Shown here: piece after piece, positions 10,481-18,112 of the stretch
Layout of the letters: each line of letters begins with the position of its first letter
Position numbering within the stretch: position 1 is the first letter of the stretch
Origin: Candidatus Omnitrophota bacterium
GTDB taxonomy: Bacteria; Omnitrophota; Gorgyraeia; Gorgyraeales; Gorgyraeaceae
Direction of reading: 5' to 3'
Assembly (NCBI GenBank): GCA_042571405.1
Contig: JBHPHU010000004.1
Span: 1-62,240 of the forward strand
Length of the DNA: 62,240 bases
Made by a program: the position numbers and the translations under genes
Notes under the pieces: model-generated
Told to the model about the DNA's origin: nothing
Databases searched by the model: none
What the model saw: the letters and a program-made list of their open reading frames with translations, nothing else

Positions 10481-10822
10481 TTATCCTATTGCCTCATTGC
10501 CTCTTTCTCCTGTCCGTATCCTAACGCAATCGGGCAAATCCAGTATAAAAATTTTCCCGTCTCCTATTTTGCCTGTTTTGGCGCCTTTTATAATTGCCTT
10601 TATAGTTGGTTCAACGAAATCTTTATTTACAGCTATCTCCAGTCGTATTTTCTTCAGTAAATTCACTTCGTGTATAACCCCTCTATATGTCTCGGTATAC
10701 CCTTTTTGCTGACCGCAGCCAAGGACATTTGAAACAGTCATCTTGTATACTGCGGCATCATAAAGTGCACTTTTGACATCAGGCAACTTGTGAGGTTGTA
10801 TCATTGCTATTATAAGCTTCAT
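10481..10822 (-). CDS. glnK: P-II nitrogen regulatory protein
   Basis: 113 aa. T-loop [12 protein letters not shown] and C-terminal [10 protein letters not shown]. Immediately downstream of amtB. Confidence 0.9.
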   Translation of the reverse strand: MKLIIAMIQPHKLPDVKSALYDAAVYKMTVSNVLGCGQQKGYTETYRGVIHEVNLLKKIRLEIAVNKDFVEPTIKAIIKGAKTGKIGDGKIFILDLPDCVRIRTGERGNEAIG

Positions 10823-10833
10823 GATGAGTCTCC

Positions 10834-12084
10834 TTATTTTGTAGTAAATATCTCAAAACCGGCATACGATTCCATGCCATGCTGGCTTATATCTAAGCCT
10901 TTTAATTCGTCCTCCCTTGAAACCCGCAAACCAACAATTTTATCTATCAGTTTAAACACAATAAACATAACTCCGACAACAAAGCCAACTACCGTAGCTA
11001 CTCCTAATGCCTGTACGCCTAACTGAGTAAAACCTCCTCCATGCAAAAGTCCATCCCTGGCAAGCCCCAATGCTTTGTGTCCAAAGATACCCACAGCCAA
11101 TGTGCCCCATATCCCATTCATGGCATGCACAGGTACAGCACCTACTGGATCATCTATATGAACCTTGTCAAGAAAAACTGTTCCTAGCACCACTATTATG
11201 CCGCCTATTGCTCCGATTGCAATCGCCTCTACTGGCATTACATAGGCGCAAGGTGCTGTTATGGCTACAAGCCCGGCTAACGCGCCATTCATAGTCATTG
11301 TAAGGTCTGGTTTTCCAAATTTACGCCAGGCAAAAAACATACCAGTTAAAGCCCCTGCCACTGCCGCCATATTTGTAGTCACAGCTACATGAGCGATCTG
11401 AGATCCATCTCCCACGCTCAATGTAGAGCCAGGATTAAAACCAAACCAAGCAAACCATAATATCAGAGTACCCAAAGAAGCCAATGTCATAGAATGTCCT
11501 TCTATTGCATTTGCCGAACCATCTTTATTGTACTTCCCTATTCTAGGGCCCAGAACTATAGTGCCTATAAGTGCCGCGCTGCCTCCTACTGCATGCACTA
11601 CTGTAGAGCCTGCAAAATCAGCAAAGTTTAGTTTAGAGAGCCATCCGCCTCCCCATATCCAATGCCCTACGATCGGATACACTGTCGCGGAAATAATAAA
11701 TGAATAGATTAAATACGCCTTAAACTTCATCCTTTCAGCTACTCCTCCAGCAACAATAGTAGCTGCCGCGCCACAAAAAACGGCGTGGAATAACCAGTTT
11801 GCATGAAGAGGGAGATGGTTATGCGCCTCTGCGCCAACAAGAAACCATCCGCTCAGTCCTATGAAATCATTCCCTGCCCCAAACATTATAGCGTAACCAA
11901 ACATAAAAAACCCCATGGAGGCCATACAGAAATCCAGGAAGTTGTTCATCAGAATGCTGCAGGTATTCTTTGTCCTTATAAGTCCTGCTTCAAGCATGCC
12001 AAACCCTGCCTGCATTATAAAAACCATAAATGCGGCGATCATTACCCATAGCGTGTCAAGTCCTACCGTAGATGCATATTCCAT
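10834..12084 (-). CDS. amtB: ammonium transporter (Amt family)
   Basis: 416 aa, multi-TM. Amt signatures ([30 protein letters not shown]). Confidence 0.95.
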   Translation of the reverse strand: MEYASTVGLDTLWVMIAAFMVFIMQAGFGMLEAGLIRTKNTCSILMNNFLDFCMASMGFFMFGYAIMFGAGNDFIGLSGWFLVGAEAHNHLPLHANWLFHAVFCGAAATIVAGGVAERMKFKAYLIYSFIISATVYPIVGHWIWGGGWLSKLNFADFAGSTVVHAVGGSAALIGTIVLGPRIGKYNKDGSANAIEGHSMTLASLGTLILWFAWFGFNPGSTLSVGDGSQIAHVAVTTNMAAVAGALTGMFFAWRKFGKPDLTMTMNGALAGLVAITAPCAYVMPVEAIAIGAIGGIIVVLGTVFLDKVHIDDPVGAVPVHAMNGIWGTLAVGIFGHKALGLARDGLLHGGGFTQLGVQALGVATVVGFVVGVMFIVFKLIDKIVGLRVSREDELKGLDISQHGMESYAGFEIFTTK

Positions 12085-12102
12085 ACACTCCTCCCCTCTT
12101 CA

Positions 12103-12139
12103 AATATTACACTTCTGATATTGTCAGAAGTGTAATATT
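12103..12139. promoter_or_regulatory. perfect 16-bp inverted repeat (5-nt spacer) just upstream of the amtB RBS
   Basis: aatattacacttctga-tattg-tcagaagtgtaatatt. Lies between the sigma-gene terminator and the amtB Shine-Dalgarno (12088-12098). Confidence 0.6.
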
Positions 12140-12146
12140 CTTGAAA

Positions 12147-12183
12147 ATACAAAGGCGTTCGCTTTTAACGAACGCCTTTGTAT
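12147..12183 (-). terminator. rho-independent terminator after the sigma-factor gene
   Basis: 15-bp perfect stem atacaaaggcgttcg/cgaacgcctttgtat with a 7-nt loop, followed on the minus strand by TTTCAAG. Confidence 0.65.
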
Positions 12184-12304
12184 CAACACAACATTGTGCA
12201 TTAGTTCTATGCTCTTTTAAGTAAGAATAAGCTGGTTTTGGTAACCCCGTACCAAATTCTGAGTGATAGGCTGTTTATTATTTGTAGCTATCTACGGGCA
12301 ACTC

Positions 12305-12850
12305 TTATGTATTATTTTGTGATCTGTAAGAATTTGGAACGAATCTGGTCTCTTTTTTATTCCATTTCTTTATTATATTCTTTTTATGTTTTAAAACAGC
12401 TACATGCGAGATGCCAAGTTCCTTCCCCGCTCCCCGTACAGTACATCCCTTTAATAAACAATTAAGGACTGATTTTTCTTTGTCGGTCAATCCTATATTT
12501 CTTATCTCATCAACAGTAAGCTTGTCCCCAGAATCTTTCCTGAAATCTGATTTTTTGTCCTCGAGTATGTCACCTAACGTTTGCCCTCCAGGAGATATAA
12601 GCTTATCCAGGCTTGAGAGCGGTACCTTTGGCCGGCCTTTTCTTAAAAAATTCTGTATATGGAATTCGCATCCTTTTATAACATATGACTTGTTTATGCC
12701 AATAGGCAGGCCATTTGCGTAATTCCGCCACAGATAAAGACACATCTCTTGATAAAGGTCGTCCTCGCTGTAAAAACCGCGCAGCAGGTGTTTGCGCGCA
12801 ACATATTTGAGTGAAGGAGTTATCTGTGCCAGCAATATCCTAAAATCCAT
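12305..12850 (-). CDS. sigma-70 family (ECF-like) RNA polymerase sigma factor
   Basis: 181 aa. Region 2-like DDLYQEMCLYLW and region 4 HTH LTDKEKSVLNCLLKGCTVRGAGKELGISHVAV. GGAGG RBS. Confidence 0.7.
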   Translation of the reverse strand: MDFRILLAQITPSLKYVARKHLLRGFYSEDDLYQEMCLYLWRNYANGLPIGINKSYVIKGCEFHIQNFLRKGRPKVPLSSLDKLISPGGQTLGDILEDKKSDFRKDSGDKLTVDEIRNIGLTDKEKSVLNCLLKGCTVRGAGKELGISHVAVLKHKKNIIKKWNKKETRFVPNSYRSQNNT

Positions 12851-12875
12851 TTTTTACCGCCTCCGGCCAAAACAA

Positions 12876-12957
12876 AAGGGCGATTCATGTCGTCTTCAGC
12901 GACATAAAACGCCCTTCTTTGGGATATGCAAAATAAAAAGACGTTCTTCCGAACGCC
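12876..12957 (-). terminator. two tandem terminator-like hairpins in the leader of the sigma gene
   Basis: Hairpin 1 (12940-12957): ggcgttc-GGAA-gaacgtc followed by TTTTTATTTT. Hairpin 2 (12876-12916): aagggcg...cgccctt with inner atgtcg/cgacat, followed by TTTTGTTTTGG. Only about 15 nt remain before the RBS. Confidence 0.55.
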
Positions 12958-13005
12958 TCACTGTGCTTTATCTAAGACACATACATTGTGTCCTTATCTA
13001 ACTAA

Positions 13006-13034
13006 ATTATACCACTATATCCTATATCAGTCAA
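13006..13034 (-). promoter_or_regulatory. consensus sigma70-type promoter TTGACT-17-TATAAT
   Basis: -35 at 13034-13029 and -10 at 13011-13006, 7 nt after the stop of the upstream gene. Confidence 0.55.
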
Positions 13035-13040
13035 GTTTTT

Positions 13041-13400
13041 TTACTTACTCCTGCCTCTAATATTTATGCCTCTTTGCCTCAGTTCATCTGTTCTTTTTTT
13101 GGAGCATTCTAGGCATAAAAATCTGGGATCAGAGTCTCTTTTATCATAATTTGGCGCTAATACCAACCTCCACAGAGAAGTCTCTTTCCCACACGCATCA
13201 CAAGCGCCTAATTCCTTAAAATGCCACATCTCAACTGCCTTGGAGGTAAATATAAATTTATCTACCCAGAAAAATATACTCGCGCCGATTAGATTGGCCA
13301 CCATAGTCTGCCACAGGCCAGCACCCAACTGTCTTACAACTAGCCAGAGTATAGGTGTGCTAAGCTGCCATCTTATTAAATATAACAAAAACCTTTTCAT
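13041..13400 (-). CDS. small membrane protein with C-terminal zinc-ribbon (hypothetical)
   Basis: 119 aa. Two predicted TM helices, then CDAC...CLEC. Confidence 0.6.
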   Translation of the reverse strand: MKRFLLYLIRWQLSTPILWLVVRQLGAGLWQTMVANLIGASIFFWVDKFIFTSKAVEMWHFKELGACDACGKETSLWRLVLAPNYDKRDSDPRFLCLECSKKRTDELRQRGINIRGRSK

Positions 13401-13414
13401 CCCGCTCTTTCTAT

Positions 13415-15052
13415 TTATCCAAGAGAATCAGTTTGTTTTTGTAGTTCTATAATCTTAGTGGATATGAATTTATTTAGCTTTTTGCGCTCTATAAAACCCT
13501 GGATACTATTTTGCTCATCCACCACAGGGAGATATTCGAGGTTGTATCTATTCAGTAACTCTATTATATCGGACATAGGGGTATCAGATGTTGTCTTTGC
13601 GACTACTGGCTCCATAAGATCAAGCGCTAGAATGAGACCGCTTATATCTGTTTCCAAAAATGTTTGTTTTATGCCTTCGACAGTTATTATACCCTGAAGC
13701 TTTTTCTCCTTGTCAACCATTGGATAGTACAGATTATCGTTGTCACTAAAGATCCGAAGTATATCCTGCAGGTGCATATTCTCATATATAATGGGCGGAT
13801 TTGTATCCATAAAATCTTTTGCCTTTGAGTTCTTTACTATGTCCTCTTCTGTAATGTTCAATCCTGCCTCGCCTGATTTTATCGCTGCAAATTTAGTAAA
13901 AGGCGGTCCTATGATCTGCGTGACAAACGTAGTGGTCGTTATGATAATTACGAGCGTATTTCCGATATGGCCTGGAAAATGCTGCGCAGCCAGTATGGAT
14001 AATCCAATGGCAACACCTGCCTGGCTAAAAAGAGAAAAAGGAAGATACTTTATGACTGTTTTTGGCGCTTTTGACAGGCGCGCGCCAATATTAGCGCCTA
14101 TCATCTTGCCAAACATCCCGCAGAAAAGATATACGAAAACTAAGAGAAAAATAGCGGGGGTAAGATGGCCTAGCGTCAGCTTTGCGCCTACAAGCACAAA
14201 GAACAAGACATAGATAGGCGGCGTAAAACTTTCTACCAGGCTGAAGGCTTCTTTGCTCTTGCGAGGCGCGAGATTCGCGACCATGATACCCAATGTCATA
14301 ACAGCTAAAAGCATGCTTACATTTGCCGCTACTGACAATCCTGTTACCAAAAGCACCGTGGAGATGCAAAAGGCGAGTACTCTTTCTTTCTCTGAATATC
14401 TCTTGAGCATCTTGATTAAAACCAATCCTGATAAAATACCTATAATAATAGCACCGATTATCTCATAAAAAGGATGAATGATCGAAATCCATGCGCCTGC
14501 GCTACCATGACCTATTAAGGCGCCTGCTATACTGGATGCGATCGCAAACAATAGCAGGGCAAGACCATCGTCCAAGGCAACAATGCCCAGGATAGTGGTA
14601 GTCAAAGGTCCGCGTGTTTTATATTCCTTAAGCACGGATGTAGTCGTGGCCGGATCTGTTGCGGATGAGATAGCGCCTAATAAAAGCGCAAGCCCCCATA
14701 TAAAAGGCGAAGGCCCAAATAAAAAACTTCCCACAATGCCTGTAGCAATGCTGACCAATAAAAACGGCGCAATGCCTTCACTGAGAAGGATGTACATGAA
14801 CTGCTTCCCATATTTAGAAAATATCTCTTTCTTTAACTCTCCTCCTACCATAAAACCTATAAGTCCCAGCGCGAAATAATTAAACGGCCTCAATGCCTCG
14901 ATGATATCCTTCCCAACAATCTTTAACCCTGATTGGCCTATTAAAATACCGATCATTATGTATCCCACGACCTTGGGAATTCGCATCTTTTGGAAAATGC
15001 GGCCGCCTATGGTCCCCCCCGAATAGCGCCAGGCCCAAAAGAAATAGCACAT
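13415..15052 (-). CDS. cation:proton antiporter (Kef/NhaP type) with C-terminal CBS pair; N-terminus displaced by a frameshift
   Basis: 545-aa ORF with an Na+/H+ exchanger TM core and tandem CBS. The expected first TM helix (MLESFNHILTKISFYHLNVLFLLGLALFGG, ATG 15104, GGAG RBS) is in another frame and joins at the G7 run (15014-15020). Confidence 0.8.
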   Translation of the reverse strand: MCYFFWAWRYSGGTIGGRIFQKMRIPKVVGYIMIGILIGQSGLKIVGKDIIEALRPFNYFALGLIGFMVGGELKKEIFSKYGKQFMYILLSEGIAPFLLVSIATGIVGSFLFGPSPFIWGLALLLGAISSATDPATTTSVLKEYKTRGPLTTTILGIVALDDGLALLLFAIASSIAGALIGHGSAGAWISIIHPFYEIIGAIIIGILSGLVLIKMLKRYSEKERVLAFCISTVLLVTGLSVAANVSMLLAVMTLGIMVANLAPRKSKEAFSLVESFTPPIYVLFFVLVGAKLTLGHLTPAIFLLVFVYLFCGMFGKMIGANIGARLSKAPKTVIKYLPFSLFSQAGVAIGLSILAAQHFPGHIGNTLVIIITTTTFVTQIIGPPFTKFAAIKSGEAGLNITEEDIVKNSKAKDFMDTNPPIIYENMHLQDILRIFSDNDNLYYPMVDKEKKLQGIITVEGIKQTFLETDISGLILALDLMEPVVAKTTSDTPMSDIIELLNRYNLEYLPVVDEQNSIQGFIERKKLNKFISTKIIELQKQTDSLG

Positions 15053-15124
15053 TCAGGTGATAAAAAGATATCTTGGTTAAAATATGATTAAAAGATTCTA
15101 GCATCTCTTGCTCCAAAAAGAAGA

Positions 15125-15147
15125 ACTCCTACTGCAACAGTAGGAGT
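15125..15147 (-). terminator. terminator-like hairpin between higA and the antiporter RBS
   Basis: actcctact-gcaac-agtaggagt, followed on the minus strand by TCTTCTTTTTGGAG. Confidence 0.45.
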
Positions 15148-15277
15148 CATCAGCCTAAAAGGCCATTTAAGGCGAACTCCATCGCCATTTATTATCTTAT
15201 CACTAAAGGGAAAAAAGTCAATATTATAAGCTGATAGGGGATTTATTGAATTATAGGGGCCATCCCTGTTTATAGTA

Positions 15278-15604
15278 CTATGCTACCTTAAGACCAGGGC
15301 CTTGGCTGGAAAGCTTTGGAAAAGATATCTCTATACCTCTACCTAAAGACCTGGCAATATTAAGCAACGTATCTATTGTTAGATTGCCTGCCTGAGCTGT
15401 TTCTATCTGGGAAATAAATTGTTGGGATACGTGGAGTTTTTTAGCGAGATCTGATTGTCTTAAATGCGCATCCTGCCTTAGCTCAGCAAGCTTCTGTGCC
15501 AGTGCTACTTTTAGTTTTTCGCGCTCGTATATTTTTCTAAATCTTTTATCTTTAAGTTTTTCTTTCAAATGGATTTTGAAATTTTCTAAGGCTATTTCTC
15601 CCAT
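15278..15604 (-). CDS. XRE-family HTH antitoxin (HigA-like)
   Basis: 108 aa. LRQSDLAKKLHVSQQFISQIE is an XRE HTH. Lies 10 nt after the toxin ORF. Confidence 0.8.
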   Translation of the reverse strand: MGEIALENFKIHLKEKLKDKRFRKIYEREKLKVALAQKLAELRQDAHLRQSDLAKKLHVSQQFISQIETAQAGNLTIDTLLNIARSLGRGIEISFPKLSSQGPGLKVA

Positions 15605-15614
15605 CTAAATCACC

Positions 15615-15978
15615 TCACAATTCTACTCTTTTTATGTTCTTTTTTATTTCTGTCTGCAATTTTCTCTTTATGCATATGCTTAAATCACTCTCAGGTATTT
15701 TATATGTTTTTTTCTTAATAGCGTGTACAAATACAGCGCTGTCTCTTAGAAAAAAGAAATAGAAAAGTCTATTATCTTTCGGTCGAAGTTCATAAATACC
15801 ATGGCCCAAATAATCTGCCATAGGCCGTCGCAAGTTATGACCTTCTTTTAAGAGTTCGCTAATATAAGCAAGTATTTTTTCCTTGTTCTTTAAGCGGTAG
15901 ACTATCTATAAACTTCTCTACAGGACTATTCCTCTTATCGTCCAAAAAATAATATATACCTGATAACCTGTGTCCCAT
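15615..15978 (-). pseudogene. Gp49/HigB-like type II toxin, interrupted by a +1 frameshift in an A6 run
   Basis: The N-terminal frame MGHRLSGIYYFLDDKRNSPVEKFIDSLPLKEQGK stops at 15861-15859. The C-terminal frame continues ILAYISELLKEGHNLRRPMADYLGHGIYELRPK... Removing one A from 15875-15880 fuses them. Confidence 0.75.
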
Positions 15979-15982
15979 TATA

Positions 15983-16011
15983 AGTATACAAGATATAACT
16001 TGTATTGTCAA
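15983..16011 (-). promoter_or_regulatory. sigma70-type promoter TTGACA-17-TATACT with internal operator palindrome; only 4 nt to the ATG
   Basis: -35 at 16011-16006 and -10 at 15988-15983. ATACAAG-N6-CTTGTAT (15986-16005) lies in the spacer. No Shine-Dalgarno is possible. Confidence 0.65.
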
Positions 16012-16048
16012 GGGTTAATTTTAAAGAATCTTTTAACACTCTCACTAT

Positions 16049-16129
16049 ATAAGACACCTCTCAGGCAAAAATTCTTTCAATTATTTTTTATGGAAGCCAA
16101 AAAGAAGGCCTACGAGCTCAGATGAAAAT
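16049..16129. repeat. 81-bp repeat R1, copy a (upstream of the HigBA promoter)
   Basis: About 80% identical to 16785-16867 (ataagacacNtctcagNcaaaaattctttcaattattt ... aaaaagaaggNct...ctcagatgaaaat). Confidence 0.85.
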
Positions 16130-16198
16130 AGGGACACATTGGTAGGCAAATTCTTAAACGGTACAAGAAGTATACAAGAGGTATAATTTCTCTGTATA

Positions 16199-16426
16199 TT
16201 ACGAATACTGCGCAGCATATCTATCTAAGAGCTCGCGTATCATCTTCTGGTACTTGATATGATGCTGCCTGGCTTGGCGCTTAAAGAATTCAATACTTGA
16301 TTTACTTAAAGATATGGTTACTTTTACAGTTTCTCGAGGAAACACTAATTCTTCCGGTGGCGGCAAGAAATCCTTCACCCTGGTCAGTTTACCAATCGGC
16401 ATATCAGGATCTATTTTCTTCTTCAT
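16199..16426 (-). CDS. brnA: BrnA-type (CopG-like) antitoxin
   Basis: 75 aa. KDFLPPPEELVF...KVTISLSKSSIEFFK is typical of BrnA. Overlaps the brnT end by 23 nt. Confidence 0.8.
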   Translation of the reverse strand: MKKKIDPDMPIGKLTRVKDFLPPPEELVFPRETVKVTISLSKSSIEFFKRQARQHHIKYQKMIRELLDRYAAQYS

Positions 16427-16691
16427 AATACCTCACCCCTTTTCTCCAATGACCTGCTCCTATTATCCTTATCTTTTCATCCCGGTAAGTAAATCTTACT
16501 GTCAAAATCTTATCTCCGACTTTACCTATACAGAAAAATCGTTCTTCTCTTTCGCTGTGTTTCGCATCAATATAAATCTTTCTCTTGGGATCCCTAAAGA
16601 CCTCTGAAGCAACAGCAAAATCAACGCCATGCCTATAAATATTCTTCAATTCCTTCTCTAGATCCCAAATAAAACTTAAATCTCTATCCAT
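16404..16691 (-). CDS. brnT: BrnT (DUF497) type II toxin
   Basis: 95 aa. WDLEKELKNIYRHGVDFAVASEVFRDP...IIGAGHWRKG matches the BrnT family pattern. Confidence 0.8.
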   Translation of the reverse strand: MDRDLSFIWDLEKELKNIYRHGVDFAVASEVFRDPKRKIYIDAKHSEREERFFCIGKVGDKILTVRFTYRDEKIRIIGAGHWRKGVRYYEEENRS

Positions 16692-16695
16692 AATA

Positions 16696-16723
16696 AGTAT
16701 ACCATAATATGGCTATTTGTCAA
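16696..16723 (-). promoter_or_regulatory. sigma70-type promoter TTGACA-16-TATACT, 4 nt from the brnT ATG
   Basis: -35 at 16723-16718 and -10 at 16701-16696. CCATAATATGG palindrome in the spacer. Confidence 0.65.
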
Positions 16724-16784
16724 TATAATTATATGTATAATTATACGTATGTAAGCCACCACACAATATGTGGCCACCTAATAC

Positions 16785-16967
16785 ATAAGACACGTCTCAG
16801 ACAAAAATTCTTTCAATTATTTCAGCGAGGCAGCTAAAAAGAAGGTCTGCTTCGCTCAGATGAAAATTTCCCCCTTACGGGGTCGCCTTTTATTCCGTCC
16901 GCCTCAGGGGCGGACTCCATAAAAGGCTATCCGCCACGGCAGACGCTACGCAGACCTTCTTTTTAGC
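16785..16967. repeat. repeat R1 copy b fused to a 135-bp palindromic element E2
   Basis: E2 (16833-16967) has 18-bp perfect terminal inverted repeats gctaaaaagaaggtctgc/gcagaccttctttttagc and internal hairpins cccc-ttac-gggg and gtccgcc-tcag-gggcggac. Confidence 0.85.
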
Positions 16968-17024
16968 TATTATAGACTTTTGGTGAGAAAATTGCAAAGG
17001 GGGGGCGAGAAGAAATTCGATCTT

Positions 17025-17666
17025 TCACCAAGTTAGATCCTTTACCTTATTTGACTTCATCAAAACCTGCATAACTGATACATACTTTTCTAATAGCTCC
17101 CGCTTGTCCTCTCTTACTTCTTTTTTAATCTTATCAAGGTAGAGCTCGATAGCTTTTCTTAAATCTTCATAAAGACAGTCGAGAGACACAGGAAAAATAT
17201 CTCTTTTTTTATTGCTTCTATTAAATGTAAAAGGCTCCAAGTGATTCACGATGCATTCTTTGCCTGCATAATTGCCAAAGCAGCTCTTCCTCCTTCCTCC
17301 ATAGATCAACCATTCTAATGTTGCCCCATCGTCTCGTTCTATTTTATAAGGACTAAAATGATGCACAGTTCCATGCCTTACCACTCTATAAAACAATTCT
17401 CCGTATATCCGATAGTTAAGGTCTATCTCACCAAATATTTCTTTAATAAAAGTTATCGCTTTTTTAGATGTTGCTATTTCTTTTTTATTCTTTCCATCCC
17501 ATCCTGAGTATAAAGCACCTAAAAAATCAATATAGCAACTTACCTCTCTCGGTAGTGCAAAAATGCCTCCAACCGATCTTGAAGGCTTTAACAGAGGTCT
17601 TATGCTATCTTCTGTTGAAAGAAGCACATCCGATAAAGCTCTTTCAATATCTTCCAACGTAAACAT
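17025..17666 (-). CDS. hypothetical protein (213 aa), no domain recognised
   Basis: Long ORF with its own promoter and a GGAG RBS. Flanked by E2 and E3. Confidence 0.7.
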   Translation of the reverse strand: MFTLEDIERALSDVLLSTEDSIRPLLKPSRSVGGIFALPREVSCYIDFLGALYSGWDGKNKKEIATSKKAITFIKEIFGEIDLNYRIYGELFYRVVRHGTVHHFSPYKIERDDGATLEWLIYGGRRKSCFGNYAGKECIVNHLEPFTFNRSNKKRDIFPVSLDCLYEDLRKAIELYLDKIKKEVREDKRELLEKYVSVMQVLMKSNKVKDLTW

Positions 17667-17723
17667 TTAAGCTCCAATAGCTATATATTTATATACTCTT
17701 TTAATTTCTCATCGTCACTTATT

Positions 17724-17753
17724 ATTATACTCCCCCACTCTAACAAATCTCAA
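17724..17753 (-). promoter_or_regulatory. sigma70-type promoter TTGAGA-18-TATAAT for the 213-aa gene
   Basis: -35 at 17753-17748 and -10 at 17729-17724. Confidence 0.5.
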
Positions 17754-17776
17754 CTGAAATCGCCTATGGGAAAAGA

Positions 17777-17996
17777 GCTAAAAGGAAGGTCTGGTAGCGA
17801 ATTTGAAAATTTAGTCTTTTATGTAGCATTTTGGCGGTTTATTCTGCCACATTTTATGAGGCAAAAAGGCCGAAAACTGTTCGACCCCGACACCTATGGT
17901 GTCGGGGAAGTTTTTTCGGCCCCGCCAAAGTGCGGAATAAAAGACGACCCCGTAAGGGGGAAATTTTCATCTAAGCGAACAGACATTCCTTTTAGA
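17777..17996. repeat. 220-bp palindromic element E3, related to E2 but inverted
   Basis: Ends gctaaaaggaaggtctgg ... cagacattccttttaga. 17936-17988 is the near-exact reverse complement of 16842-16895 in E2. Confidence 0.8.
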
Positions 17997-18063
17997 TTTT
18001 GGGTGAGATGCGATTGCTTCGTCGCCTTCGGCTCCTCGCAATGACAAGAAAAAAGGGAGACAG

Positions 18064-18083
18064 ATTCCCGCTTTCGCGGGAAT
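18064..18083. repeat. attcccgc-N-gcgggaat hairpin repeat, copy 1
   Basis: attcccgctttcgcgggaat. The same arms recur at 47753-47796. Confidence 0.7.
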
Positions 18084-18112
18084 GACATGAAGGCGAGAAT
18101 GACAACTGGAGA

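Noticed and set aside
12940-12957. ANTAR-type dual-hexaloop target in the sigma, glnA or amtB leaders
   Set aside because: The hairpin loops observed are GGAA, CTGAAGA, CAATA and AAAAAA. None shows the A1/G4 hexaloop pair expected for ANTAR substrates.
14091-14369. Minus-strand alternative-frame ORFs inside genes (14091-14369, 2407-2592, 22347-22532, 41630-41866)
   Set aside because: They overlap conserved coding frames or an unassigned leader, and have no independent signals.
14880-15116. 78-aa ORF as an independent small gene
   Set aside because: Its first 30 residues are the genuine antiporter N-terminus and the rest is out-of-frame read-through after the G7 run.
16785-17996. Integron attC sites bounding gene cassettes
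   Set aside because: The elements are imperfect palindromes at cassette borders, but they lack the RYYYAAC/GTTRRRY core boxes. R1a is not palindromic, every cassette has its own promoter, and no intI is present in the window.
17766-18088. ORFs of 92 aa (+) and 64 aa (-) in the E3/hairpin region
   Set aside because: They lie entirely within palindromic repeats and have no RBS. Peptides such as SFPRKRES and CHCEEPKATKQS are typical repeat translations.
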